The notes under the pieces were generated by a model. The model saw only the letters and a list, made by a program, of their open reading frames with translations, was not told where the DNA came from and did not search any database. From NCBI RefSeq assembly GCF_000007005.1, contig NC_002754.1: a stretch of 64,000 nucleotides of DNA; one strand, 5' to 3'. Positions 52,310 through 62,666 of this stretch are shown one piece after another; positions within the stretch are counted from its first letter, which is position 1, and every line of letters starts with the position of its first letter. Origin of the DNA: Saccharolobus solfataricus P2. GTDB lineage: Archaea; Thermoproteota; Thermoprotei_A; Sulfolobales; Sulfolobaceae. A program made the position numbers and the translations under genes.

Positions 52310-52532
52310 GTTCACATTGTCATCATTGACCTACAAATCAATTAATTTAATTAACCTTCAAGAAGAGAAGGCATTAAACTGATTTACTTAATGTACGTTT
52401 AGTATATTAGGAAGAGAATTTATAGCTTAATAGTAATAATATGAATAAGTTTTATCATTTAACCCGTTCTTAGGTTCCTATATAATCAAAGCTAGCAAAC
52501 TTGTTATATACTTTAGATTCGTGATTAGTAGT

Positions 52533-53558
52533 ATGGTAAAAGAGGTTTGTATGAAATGCAGAAAGGAAAGGGAAAGTATATACGAGATTAAGTGTAACAA
52601 ATGCGGAGGACCATTCGAGATCCTGATAGATTTTGAATTTGATAAGAATTCTGAGAGAGGTTTTCCCTATAGTGAAAAGATTTTCCCTTACATCAAACAT
52701 TTCATATCCCTAGGAGAGGGAAGAACTCCATTAATTAAAAAGGGGAACATATGGTTTAAACTCGACTTCTTAAATCCATCAGGATCATACAAGGATAGAG
52801 GAGCAGTGACTCTGGTCTCTTATCTTGCGGAAAAAGGTGTAAAACAAATTAGTGAAGACTCTTCTGGAAATGCAGGATCAGCAATAGCTGCGTATTCTGC
52901 AGCTGCTGGTATTGAGGCATACATTTTCGTTCCTGAAACGGCAAAAGGAGGAAAACTTAAGCAAATAGAATCCTACGGTGCTCACGTTGTTAGAGTAAGG
53001 GGGAGTAGAGAAGATGTAGCAAAAGCTGCAGAGAATTCTGGTTACTATTACGCATCACATGTTTTACAACCTCAATTTAGAGATGGGATTAGAACTCTGG
53101 CATATGAAATTGTAAAGGATTTAGATTGGAAAATTCCTAATTATGTTTTCATTCCAGTATCAGCAGGAACTTTACTTTTAGGTGTTTATAAGGGGTTCAA
53201 GCACTTGCTAGATTCTGGTGTCATATCGGAAATGCCTAAAATCGTAGCAGTCCAAACAGAGCAAGTTATGCCACTTTGTGCTAAATTCAAAAAGATTTCT
53301 TACACACCACCAGACAAGGTTACCTCCATTGCAGACGCTTTAGTATCAACTAGACCATTTCTACTAGATTATATGGTAAAGGCTTCTAGTGAATGCATAG
53401 TTGTAAGCGATAATGAAATAGTAGAAGCTTGGAAAGAATTGGCTAAAATGGGACTGCTGGTAGAATATAGTTCTGCTACTGTATTTGCTGCTTATAAGAA
53501 ATACAGTGTTAACGATGCAGTATTAGTTTTAACCGGTAGCGGATTAAAGGTATTATGA
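52533..53558 (+). CDS. thrC: Threonine synthase-family PLP enzyme
   Basis: [30 protein letters not shown] and VLTGSGLK motifs. Confidence 0.85.
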   Translation: MVKEVCMKCRKERESIYEIKCNKCGGPFEILIDFEFDKNSERGFPYSEKIFPYIKHFISLGEGRTPLIKKGNIWFKLDFLNPSGSYKDRGAVTLVSYLAEKGVKQISEDSSGNAGSAIAAYSAAAGIEAYIFVPETAKGGKLKQIESYGAHVVRVRGSREDVAKAAENSGYYYASHVLQPQFRDGIRTLAYEIVKDLDWKIPNYVFIPVSAGTLLLGVYKGFKHLLDSGVISEMPKIVAVQTEQVMPLCAKFKKISYTPPDKVTSIADALVSTRPFLLDYMVKASSECIVVSDNEIVEAWKELAKMGLLVEYSSATVFAAYKKYSVNDAVLVLTGSGLKVL

Positions 53559-54217
53559 AGATTTTTGTTGGAACCTCTGGCTGGACGTATGACTGGAATG
53601 ATGATGATACTTTAGAGTGGTATGTTAAGAATAGTGGGCTTAACGCAGTAGAGGTTAATATGTCGTTTTATCGATATCCTACAAGAAAACAAGTTGAAAG
53701 GTGGAGTAAATTTAAGGAGATTAGATGGATAGTAAAGGTAAATAGGAGAATCACGCACATGAAAAGGCTAAAAGATTTTCAGTCTTGGAAAGAGTTTCAA
53801 CAAATAGTTGACTCATTGAATCCAGATTTTTATTTGTTTCAATTACCACCAACTTTTAAGAGGAATTCAGAAAATGAGAAGAGAGTATTTCAATTTGCTG
53901 AAGTATTAAAGGATAAAATGGCCGTTGAGTTTAGGGACATTCAATGGTACTTAAAGCCCCTTAATGTTACTTGTGTAATTGTCTCAATAGATTCACCAAT
54001 AGGTACTTATGTTATAAAGAATAACGATTACATTTACCTAAGATTGCATGGAAGAGATGTTTGGTACACTTATGATTACTCTGAGAAGGAACTAAAGGAG
54101 TTAGCAGATAAAATAATCTCGTTGAATCCTAAGTACGTTTATGTGTTCTTTAATAACAATCATTGGATGCTTGATAATGGTAGATATATGCTTAAAATTT
54201 TAACTGAGAAATCTTAA
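53555..54217 (+). CDS. DUF72 protein (second paralog)
   Basis: GTSGW, EVNMSFY, FQLPP, YLRLHGR and FFNN motifs. Confidence 0.9.
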   Translation: MKIFVGTSGWTYDWNDDDTLEWYVKNSGLNAVEVNMSFYRYPTRKQVERWSKFKEIRWIVKVNRRITHMKRLKDFQSWKEFQQIVDSLNPDFYLFQLPPTFKRNSENEKRVFQFAEVLKDKMAVEFRDIQWYLKPLNVTCVIVSIDSPIGTYVIKNNDYIYLRLHGRDVWYTYDYSEKELKELADKIISLNPKYVYVFFNNNHWMLDNGRYMLKILTEKS

Positions 54218-54220
54218 AGT

Positions 54221-54273
54221 GTGTGATGATAAGGGACCACATGGAGTGGTGAAGATAACTTACCCGTCTGAAT
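54221..54273 (+). ncRNA. Box C/D guide sRNA; D guide complementary to LSU rRNA CGGGUAAGUU
   Basis: C GTGATGA 54223-29; C' TGAAGA 54250-55; guide TAACTTACCCGT 54256-67; D CTGA 54268-71; D' degenerate. Intergenic. Confidence 0.85.
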
Positions 54274-54301
54274 ATTTAAGTTCCAGAGCATTTTGAAAAT
54301 T

Positions 54302-55126
54302 ATGGAAGATTTAACTATTGGAATATTAGGAGCTGGTAAAATAGGTTCTGCAATAGTAAGGGCAATAAGGCTAAAGTATCCTAGCATCCACGTAATTGCT
54401 ACTGCGAGAAAAGATGAGACTTTAAGAAATGTAAAAGATCTAGAGGTAGAGACTACTAAGGATAATAATTATGCAGTTAATAAATCAGATGTAATTATCT
54501 TAAGCGTTAAGCCTCAGCATTTTCCTACTGTTCTAAGGCAAGTTGGCATAGAGTCATGGAGAGATAAGGTAGTAATTTCAATAATGGCAGGAGTTAAGTT
54601 ATCTACATTATCTACCCTACTTAATAATGCTGAGGTTTATAGAGCCATGCCAAACATTAATGCAATAGTATATAAGTCTACTACTACAATTGCTGAGAAT
54701 AACGGGAAAAGTAGAGAATTAGTGGAGAACATATTTAAGACACTAGGTAACGTATACTGGCTTCCAGAAGAATACTTGGATATTTGGACTGCACTAGTAG
54801 GCAGTGGTCCAGCTTTTATATCTGAAATTATAGATGCGTTAAGTTTAGGTGCAGTTGCTTGTGGAATGCAAAGAGAGATAGCCTACAATGCGGTTTTGGA
54901 TATGATAAGTGGAACTATAATTATGCTTAAGGAGGGTAAAATAGATCATCCTATGCTATTACGTGATCAAGTGACTACGCCAGTCGGTACCACAATAAGG
55001 GGACTCATGGTTATGGAAGCTAAGAGCGTTAAGTCAGCGTTAATTGAGACAATAGAGGCATCATATAAGAGGGCAGTTGAAATAGGCAATGAGATTGACA
55101 AGAGTATTAGGAATAATAGCAAATAA
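54302..55126 (+). CDS. proC: Pyrroline-5-carboxylate reductase
   Basis: GAGKIG, SVKPQ, RAMPN, GSGPA and VTTPVGTTI motifs. Confidence 0.95.
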   Translation: MEDLTIGILGAGKIGSAIVRAIRLKYPSIHVIATARKDETLRNVKDLEVETTKDNNYAVNKSDVIILSVKPQHFPTVLRQVGIESWRDKVVISIMAGVKLSTLSTLLNNAEVYRAMPNINAIVYKSTTTIAENNGKSRELVENIFKTLGNVYWLPEEYLDIWTALVGSGPAFISEIIDALSLGAVACGMQREIAYNAVLDMISGTIIMLKEGKIDHPMLLRDQVTTPVGTTIRGLMVMEAKSVKSALIETIEASYKRAVEIGNEIDKSIRNNSK

Positions 55127-55180
55127 GGAGGTGATGATTAAGCTTAATAATAACATGCGAAAATAATTATTGCGCTCAAT

Positions 55181-57337
55181 ATGGATAAGCGTATAGCGAC
55201 AATCATATTGAGTATAGTAAATATTATAGGTATATTTGAATTTCCATTATACGAATCGTTCATAGGGTTCTTCTTTATTTCCTCCGCCTTGTCTATCCTT
55301 TATGAATCTCAACTGTCCTTGATTGTACCAACAGTTCTATTCGCATCATTAGTTTTATTACATATTATTACTATCCAATTACAAAAACTGATTATATTAT
55401 CTATTCTGATGTTGATCTCGATTATTGGGAAAAATAATAAATGGATTTATTCAATTCTTATAACCCTTGCGCCGGGTTTAATTATAAATAATCTCTACCT
55501 CTTATTAATTGTATTGGCATTACTGATTCCCCTATTAATAAAACTTGGAGGTGAACCAAGGGCTATAATCATTTCGGGTATTTTATATTTAATCTATTCC
55601 GGTATAATATTTCCAAATAATGAAGCACTAGCTAATCAGATTTCACAGATATCATACTTTTATCTAATGTTTGGAATAATAGGGATAATTGTTGAAGACA
55701 AAAGAATTACTAGAATTACGTTAAGAAAAATTCTCCCATATTTGTCTTTCATTCCCGCATCTTTTGCATCAATAATGTTAGGATACCCAAGCGATTCTTC
55801 CTTTATTTATTGGTCAGCAAGCTCATTTTATTTCTCCCACTTATACTTACCTTGGATATACGAAATAGGTTATAATTCAAATCAGCACTTAATAGCAAGT
55901 TGGTTTTTGGCTTATCTTTTAACACTTATCATAAAGAACCCTTTGATAACAGCAGAAGTGTTTCTGGGAATTTTTACATTCTTATCCGGTTTAATATCAT
56001 ATTATGTCTTTAAGAGGCTTAATTTGAAATATCCACTACTTTTCTCATTGCTATATCAGATTAATATATTTAATCCTATAATATCTCACTCAATTTCGGT
56101 TTTTTCATACGCATTTCTACCTTTAGTCCTATTCTTTGCATATAATAAGAATAAAGTACTCTATTCAATTCTAACGCTAACTGCAGCATCTTCTATCCCG
56201 ATCTTCATATCTACTCTGGTAATTCCATTAGTATACCGTAGGTATTACTTCCTATTATATGCTCTAGGTGTTAATGCGTTTTGGCTAATTCCCTTCTTAA
56301 TCTTTGGTTACGATAAATTCACATTTAACGTATCTAACATAGAAATTCTCATCTCAATTATCTTAGTTTCAATATCTGTTCTTTTATATCAACTGAGATT
56401 TAAAAATATCGAAATACTATATATGATTTTTATATCATTTGTTCTATTAATATTAGGAATAAATACTGGACCATTAATTCTTCTTGCTACTATTTTAACA
56501 TTAGGAAGTTTAAGGGATATTAGTATCCTTTACCTGACCTTGTTGAGTGGTCTAATTATTTTATCCGCTACTAGTTTTTCATACGGCGTAATTTCGGGTT
56601 ATGCAAATACTACGTTTTACACATACAATCTGCCTAATTTACCCAAACCCGGAGAGTATGGGTTTGGAATTACGACGTTAGTTAATGATCTTAATCTCAC
56701 CGCTAGTGGAATGCCCACCGAATCAATATCCTACAACGTTAGGTACTTTATATATAACTCACGTGTTATTGAGAATCCCCTATACTTTGGATTTCCAATT
56801 CCAGCGATACCTAACTACACTCCACAATTAACATTTTCATACATTTACTCAAATTCTTCAGTTAAGGTAATTTACTCACCTTTTAATAAACCATTAGGCC
56901 TTATGGTTTACTCTAACGTGACACCATCAAAAATTTCAATAGTGTTTCCAACGCGGATTGAGAACATTAGTGGAATAAAAGGTTTAGTAAAGAACTATAC
57001 AATTCAGATTATTACCAATACTTCCTTAACCATAATAGGAGGTAAAGTAACTGTAGATAATAAGTCAATCTTTTCATCCTACTATAAGCCTAAAATAGTA
57101 ACAAGTATCATGATTGGTGAAATTACTGAAGTTATAGATTCAAATTATTCAATTTACCTTCCGATACATGAGAGCTTAACTATTAACGGAAAAGTAGTAA
57201 ATCACCCAATAATTCTCCCTCCAGGTAAGTATACCATAGTGATTTCTGATGAAAAGATTGAATATGTGAGCTATGCTTCAATATTCCTAACTATAGTATC
57301 TTTAGTGCTATTAATAAGAAGGGGGATGAAAGTATGA
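55181..57337 (+). CDS. Polytopic membrane protein, possible GT-C-fold glycosyltransferase
   Basis: >15 TM segments. LPW..EIGY loop, YQINIFNP, YAFLP and NAFWLIPF patterns, then an extracellular domain and a terminal TM. Confidence 0.55.
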   Translation: MDKRIATIILSIVNIIGIFEFPLYESFIGFFFISSALSILYESQLSLIVPTVLFASLVLLHIITIQLQKLIILSILMLISIIGKNNKWIYSILITLAPGLIINNLYLLLIVLALLIPLLIKLGGEPRAIIISGILYLIYSGIIFPNNEALANQISQISYFYLMFGIIGIIVEDKRITRITLRKILPYLSFIPASFASIMLGYPSDSSFIYWSASSFYFSHLYLPWIYEIGYNSNQHLIASWFLAYLLTLIIKNPLITAEVFLGIFTFLSGLISYYVFKRLNLKYPLLFSLLYQINIFNPIISHSISVFSYAFLPLVLFFAYNKNKVLYSILTLTAASSIPIFISTLVIPLVYRRYYFLLYALGVNAFWLIPFLIFGYDKFTFNVSNIEILISIILVSISVLLYQLRFKNIEILYMIFISFVLLILGINTGPLILLATILTLGSLRDISILYLTLLSGLIILSATSFSYGVISGYANTTFYTYNLPNLPKPGEYGFGITTLVNDLNLTASGMPTESISYNVRYFIYNSRVIENPLYFGFPIPAIPNYTPQLTFSYIYSNSSVKVIYSPFNKPLGLMVYSNVTPSKISIVFPTRIENISGIKGLVKNYTIQIITNTSLTIIGGKVTVDNKSIFSSYYKPKIVTSIMIGEITEVIDSNYSIYLPIHESLTINGKVVNHPIILPPGKYTIVISDEKIEYVSYASIFLTIVSLVLLIRRGMKV

Positions 57338-58944
57338 AAGCACTACTAGCATTCATCGTATTATTACTTTCCCTTTCTGCACTGATAACCTCATCTTTCT
57401 CGATAGTGATAATATCACCTAACATAGTAAAGATTTTATCGTATGCACAAGTTGGGAATAATATTTACAGTAGTCCATTATGGTCCAACGGAACTGCAAC
57501 AGTGATTCATAATACGACTTATGAGTTAGTAGTAGGTTCTTCTTACAGTTATACTGTACAAGAAGTAAATTTTTCCAATTATTATAACTTCAATTACTCA
57601 ACTAAGTATAGCTATTTATCAGGCGTTCAAGCAGGGGCTATAATACTAGGTGGAAATGTAGATTTGAAAAAACCAGCAAATCAACAGCCGTATGTATTAA
57701 TTTATTCTGTAACTTCTGGCCAATTACTAGTAAAGACCCCTAACACTAAATTGAGAATTGTACTAAATAATCTACCTATTAGCGTAAGTGGTTTTCTTTC
57801 CATTCAATTTTCAAATGTAAATGGTAATTTAACAGTTGTCTATATTTCATTGAACGGCAACATTTCTAGATTAGTTTATATAACTCCTATACCTTGGTCT
57901 GAGGTGAAATATGCAGGTTGGTTTCAAAATTATGGTCTTTCCTACATATATTACATCACACTAGGTAAGTTTGCAGAAAGTCAACCGATGATAGCTGGAG
58001 AGACTTACTTATCACCAGATATTGTTAGCTCTCCAACATGGAAACTTGGAGTTGCCAAAATTATTAACATAACCCCAAATTACGAAACTGTAGAAGGTCT
58101 AGTAAGTGGTAGTTACGTGATTCAGTTCTACAATATGTCACGATTAAATTATCTCATTCTGACGGTTAACTTTACATATTATAATGGAAGTAATGTCGGG
58201 ATTGAACTTTTAGGAAGCAATTTGAATTTGACAAAACCTGATCTCTCACAAAAAGTTTATGCTCTGTTATATTCAGTAAATAATGGAGAATTGCAAGTTA
58301 AGTTACCAAACTCAGCTTTTAAGATTATCAACAACACTTTACCAGTTATTAGAGGAGGGTTATTGAATATAGTGTTTTTGAACAACAATAATAATATAAG
58401 TCTATATGAAATTATTAACGGTAGTAGAACATATTATTTAAACATTACTACACCAATACCTTGGTCAAACATAAGTTATATTGGATGGAGAACCGATAAT
58501 GGTATCTCAAGAATTTTCTTTGTTTCTCCAAATTTCATAATAGGATTACAAAGTCTTTTAACGTTCGAATTTTTAGGAAATAACGGCACTACTGTTCCGA
58601 ATCAAGAATTCTATATCTATATTGGCGATAATTTATCATCCTTGCAACTTTATTATAAAGGTTACACAAATTCAGATGGTCAATTTTCACTTCCATTACC
58701 AATAATATTTCCCTCATCAACGTCTTATGAATACGTAAGGATAGTTTGGATTAACTCATCTACGAACATAACCCTAATAATACCATTAATAAAAGGCGGG
58801 AGTAATTTCTATATTCCAGCCAATATTATATCAGTAGAGGAAAAAAGTATGGATGTGAATATCAACTATTATACACTATTCTTATTTATTGTACTCGCCT
58901 TCTTATTAGGTGCATATATTTTTACTAAAGGAAAACGCTTCTGA
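57334..58944 (+). CDS. Membrane-anchored surface glycoprotein with two tandem ~160-aa beta domains
   Basis: Signal peptide; repeats SSPLWSNG..TPIPWSEVKYAGW and SSPTWKLG..TPIPWSNISYIGW; many N-x-S/T sites; C-terminal TM + KGKRF. Confidence 0.85.
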   Translation: MKALLAFIVLLLSLSALITSSFSIVIISPNIVKILSYAQVGNNIYSSPLWSNGTATVIHNTTYELVVGSSYSYTVQEVNFSNYYNFNYSTKYSYLSGVQAGAIILGGNVDLKKPANQQPYVLIYSVTSGQLLVKTPNTKLRIVLNNLPISVSGFLSIQFSNVNGNLTVVYISLNGNISRLVYITPIPWSEVKYAGWFQNYGLSYIYYITLGKFAESQPMIAGETYLSPDIVSSPTWKLGVAKIINITPNYETVEGLVSGSYVIQFYNMSRLNYLILTVNFTYYNGSNVGIELLGSNLNLTKPDLSQKVYALLYSVNNGELQVKLPNSAFKIINNTLPVIRGGLLNIVFLNNNNNISLYEIINGSRTYYLNITTPIPWSNISYIGWRTDNGISRIFFVSPNFIIGLQSLLTFEFLGNNGTTVPNQEFYIYIGDNLSSLQLYYKGYTNSDGQFSLPLPIIFPSSTSYEYVRIVWINSSTNITLIIPLIKGGSNFYIPANIISVEEKSMDVNINYYTLFLFIVLAFLLGAYIFTKGKRF

Positions 58945-60187
58945 AATATCCTAATCTTACGTAATTATTTAGAAACTCGTTAAACTTGTTAACATATTCG
59001 ATAATAGGACAATTTATACATATTTCATCACTGTTTAAAATCTCTTTAGAATACCAGTATAGGATTGGATTAGCCAGTTCTATACGATTTGCCATTGTTC
59101 TCATCACTATTGGTATCGAGTAATTAATGTTAGTTTCTCTTTCTATTATATCCCTAGTTAACTTAGAGTAGTTACTCTTTGCGATGTAAGTGTTTAGTAA
59201 CTTCATTAATATATTATCAAAAAATAAATAATCATCGTCTTCCATCATATATAGTGAAGAATATATGTATTCATTTACTGTAAATACATTCTTTTCATGA
59301 AGTTCTCCAAGATTTATATCGCCAATCTGAACAGTATTTCCATCATTACTTCTTAAGAACAAACCAACTCTGATATCATTTCTCTCTAAACTATTTTTAT
59401 TATTTAGTATCTCAACTTCTTCGGTATGTAAATTACCTTTTTTACTTGCTGAGAACATCTTCACTCTATGCTTTACTAGTTTTAAATTTCTCTGTAACAT
59501 ACTGATAGAAGTTTGACCTAACACCTCAACATCGTTGTATAGCGCAGTGAAGAAAGTTAGGAATTTTCTATTTAAACTAATTGTAGAGAATGGATTCGAA
59601 TTATTAAATCTATCCAATTTAAATAACGAAAGGACGTTGTATACTGCTCTCATATCTCTAATTTTATATGGTGTAACTTGATTGTTTTCAATAATAATTG
59701 GTGAAGAAGATAGCGATTCTATAATATCTATTATGCCTAATTCCAATATTAAAGACAAGTATTTTCTATCACCTAAGTACAATAAAGGAATAACGTGTTT
59801 TTGTGGAATTTCGATTCTCTTATATTCGTCAATTGATGGTAGTCTCGGTGTCTCTCTCTTTTTTCTCTTTGGCTTTTCTTCTCCTCTTTCCTCTATGCAA
59901 TTCTCGAAGGAGACTTTTTGCGAGATCCTTAATTCTTCTATAGGTTGCGATATCATGCTTTCTATCTCATCTATTAGCTCGTATATTGCCTTGTGAACTG
60001 TGGTTCTAGTAAATCTTTTTGTTATCCTTCTAGCTATACCATCAATGCAGAGAATTGTAGTTAGCGTATGAGGATCTTCCTTGACTAGAACAATCGGTAT
60101 CCCCTTATTAGTCTCCAAGGCGGTAAGAGTTCCCTCCAGACCGTGTTCTACGACATATTCGAGGAGCCGATAGGATTCTTCTTTCAT
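58925..60187 (-). CDS. Hypothetical protein (420 aa)
   Basis: Long ORF with no family recognised. Confidence 0.75.
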   Translation of the reverse strand: MKEESYRLLEYVVEHGLEGTLTALETNKGIPIVLVKEDPHTLTTILCIDGIARRITKRFTRTTVHKAIYELIDEIESMISQPIEELRISQKVSFENCIEERGEEKPKRKKRETPRLPSIDEYKRIEIPQKHVIPLLYLGDRKYLSLILELGIIDIIESLSSSPIIIENNQVTPYKIRDMRAVYNVLSLFKLDRFNNSNPFSTISLNRKFLTFFTALYNDVEVLGQTSISMLQRNLKLVKHRVKMFSASKKGNLHTEEVEILNNKNSLERNDIRVGLFLRSNDGNTVQIGDINLGELHEKNVFTVNEYIYSSLYMMEDDDYLFFDNILMKLLNTYIAKSNYSKLTRDIIERETNINYSIPIVMRTMANRIELANPILYWYSKEILNSDEICINCPIIEYVNKFNEFLNNYVRLGYFRSVFL

Positions 60188-60243
60188 TTTACCCTTTTAT
60201 TATAGTTAACCATTTTTATACATGTTTTCCATAATTCCTTTAG

Positions 60244-60489
60244 ATGGAAACGGCATTACAGTTAGCGAGAAAAGGGAAGATATTATATGCTCTTATGTTC
60301 CTAAAGGATTACGTAACGGAAAATCAGGATAAATGGGATAATTCTATAGAAATATGTAGAGGACTTCTAAGTGCGATAATGAGCATGCCTTCACTAAACG
60401 ATGAGAGTTGGGGAATTTTTGTACCAACTATTAACTTAGATGACTTTGAAAAAATTATTTCTAGGGTAAATGAATGTATACGATATTAG
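60244..60489 (+). CDS. Hypothetical helical protein (81 aa)
   Basis: Divergent from the 420-aa gene and overlaps the next ORF. Confidence 0.65.
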   Translation: METALQLARKGKILYALMFLKDYVTENQDKWDNSIEICRGLLSAIMSMPSLNDESWGIFVPTINLDDFEKIISRVNECIRY

Positions 60490-61139
60490 CTTATACTGAC
60501 ACTATAGTTTTTAATGTTATTAGGAAAGCTGCATACGAAAATTTTTGTACAGTGTATACTATTAGATCCTATTCACCTTCAAAACTAGTAGCTTCCGTAG
60601 GTAATATTATGATTATTGTGAGTAGGAATAATAAGAGCGCTACCATAAGTGTAAAATGCGGAAACGCGAAAAAATCGTTTTATATCAAGGTAAACGAAAA
60701 TAGGATAAATTTTGATGGAAATGAAATGGACACTAACTTATTTATTTATCATATTTCATCAATTGAGAATGAGTTATATGAATATGTAAAGATTATAAGC
60801 GAAAAATGCAATATGCAAGAGATTTGCCATAAACAAAAGAAGGGAATAAAAGAAATTTTAGTTGAGGGTAAAAAGATAAATATTGGTGAAGAGATTAAGC
60901 ATAGTCTAGAGCAACTTTTAACAATACTCTATAAGAGAGAAGTTTCTGTTGAATGTAGTAAAAGTTCCTTATGTATTAAAAAAGTTATACTAACTAGGAG
61001 GAAAGTTTACATACAACTAGTGGATAGTGAAAAGGAAAATTATTGGTATCTTGAGCTGAATGATTTAATAAACAAAATGCCAGAGCACGCTCAGGAGATT
61101 CTTAATATTGAAGGACAAATTCGCGCTCAATCAATTTAG
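60474..61139 (+). CDS. Hypothetical protein (221 aa)
   Basis: ORF with normal composition; no family recognised. Confidence 0.7.
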   Translation: MYTILAYTDTIVFNVIRKAAYENFCTVYTIRSYSPSKLVASVGNIMIIVSRNNKSATISVKCGNAKKSFYIKVNENRINFDGNEMDTNLFIYHISSIENELYEYVKIISEKCNMQEICHKQKKGIKEILVEGKKINIGEEIKHSLEQLLTILYKREVSVECSKSSLCIKKVILTRRKVYIQLVDSEKENYWYLELNDLINKMPEHAQEILNIEGQIRAQSI

Positions 61140-61154
61140 TTTTCTCATTATCTT

Positions 61155-61844
61155 TTATAGTCTTGCGTGTAACCTTTCGAAGAAGCTTAAATCACCTAGA
61201 GATGAAATTAAGACTGTCTTTACTCCTATACTATCAAGCGAATTGATAATTGAAAATATCTCATTCTCTACAAAAGAAGGTTGATCGAGGCTTTTTACTA
61301 ATTCTCTATTCTTATCAGTCATTACTATTAAGTAAGGTATTGCTCTTTCAATAAGCTTTGGACCATAATACTTAATCTGATCTACATCTTTCATTCTAAG
61401 AACTAGGAAGAAATCGGCATTTGAATCCAATCTGGCCATAATTTCATTCTCATTTTTTCTTAAACTTATCATCATTCCGCTTTTTACACCATATTCTTTT
61501 GCCAAATTCACAGCCTCGTCTGATGACAAATAACCCACTTCTTTTCCGTATTTCGGTTTATCCCCCTTTGTGAAAGCTATTTGGGCATCTAACATCTTAG
61601 CGGTTATTGATAATGAACGGATAAATAATTCATTGACATCTAATAGCCTTTGGTTTATGATTATTGTTTTTCTGTCTAGAGATAGAGAATATCTAATTAA
61701 AGAAGCCACAAAAGTCGGTATAGGTGATGGCATACCCATGGGTGAGTCCGGTATATCAAATCCATCAAACGACGATAAAATTTTTATTTCATTTAGTAAT
61801 TTTTCCGGTTTTTTCTTGGGATGTAGTTCTACTAATATTTGCAT
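61155..61844 (-). CDS. MTHFR/MetF-like FAD-linked TIM-barrel protein
   Basis: VELHP, DIPDSPMG, QRLLDVN..IRS and FTKGDKP echo MetF motifs. Confidence 0.5.
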   Translation of the reverse strand: MQILVELHPKKKPEKLLNEIKILSSFDGFDIPDSPMGMPSPIPTFVASLIRYSLSLDRKTIIINQRLLDVNELFIRSLSITAKMLDAQIAFTKGDKPKYGKEVGYLSSDEAVNLAKEYGVKSGMMISLRKNENEIMARLDSNADFFLVLRMKDVDQIKYYGPKLIERAIPYLIVMTDKNRELVKSLDQPSFVENEIFSIINSLDSIGVKTVLISSLGDLSFFERLHARL

Positions 61845-61903
61845 TTAGAGAAGTAGTACAAATTTTAAGCTATATTTTTTTCCTTGAAGACTAATCATCT
61901 ATT

Positions 61904-62368
61904 GTGAGTCAAGAGAAAAAAGCCAAAAAAATTATTCTTCATTATCCTGATGATACACCAGCTGGATATATAGAGTATGCTGAGGGTTCTTCCTCAATTT
62001 ATGATAATGAGGGAAATTTTTTGTTTAAAGTGGAAGGAAAATTTCCGCCACAGCCCAAAAAATCGTCAGATTATTCATGGATAGAAAAAGTTTTAGAGAT
62101 GGGATTACAAGATTCAAGGAAGAGATTTATACTTTACGTTGCATCAAGATATTTAGTAAATGTAAAAGGCGTTAATGAAGATGAAGCCTTACAAACATTA
62201 AAAGAGTTCTATTACAAACTACAATCTGGGAAAGTTTACGAGTCTTGGTTAAAATCTGTAATAAACGGAGTTAAGAAGAAAGGATTGCTTCCTTGGTCGT
62301 TAAAGAGAATAGAGGAGAGGGATAAGGAAATGTACAATGAGATAATAAGAGTATTAAAAAATAGCTAA
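61904..62368 (+). CDS. priX: DNA primase non-catalytic subunit PriX
   Basis: 154 aa; DYSWIEKVLEMGLQDSRKRFILYVASRYLVNVKG..WLKSVI..PWSL. Confidence 0.9.
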   Translation: MSQEKKAKKIILHYPDDTPAGYIEYAEGSSSIYDNEGNFLFKVEGKFPPQPKKSSDYSWIEKVLEMGLQDSRKRFILYVASRYLVNVKGVNEDEALQTLKEFYYKLQSGKVYESWLKSVINGVKKKGLLPWSLKRIEERDKEMYNEIIRVLKNS

Positions 62369-62450
62369 ATTTCTTGAAAAACTTCACAATTAACAATTAA
62401 ATTATTTATACGCATAAACTTTATAACCTTAATTTAAGTATGGGGATATT

Positions 62451-62654
62451 ATGAAGGACAAGTATTCTGTTGTAACATGGCTATTGATACTAGTTCCTTT
62501 AACGGTATTCATCATAATAACAATATGGGTTATTGATTTGCTATTTTTAACTCCGCAGTGGAGGCAGGCAGTTCCAGCAGTTATAGGATTTGCAGTAGCA
62601 TTTTTAGGATTAGGAGTGTTTATAAGAGGCAAATTTGGAAAATTTGTATTTTAA
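62451..62654 (+). CDS. Small two-TM membrane protein
   Basis: 67 aa; TPQWRQAVPA loop between the two TM helices. Confidence 0.7.
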   Translation: MKDKYSVVTWLLILVPLTVFIIITIWVIDLLFLTPQWRQAVPAVIGFAVAFLGLGVFIRGKFGKFVF

Positions 62655-62666
62655 TTTTGCCAAAGG

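Noticed and set aside
52320-52382. Isolated C-box (minus strand) and CTGA (plus strand) after pstA
   Set aside because: The boxes are on opposite strands; no complete C/D architecture.
55127-55166. GGAGGTGATGA: C box, or SD with a 10-codon ORF
   Set aside because: No D box follows, and SD-ATG spacing is zero.
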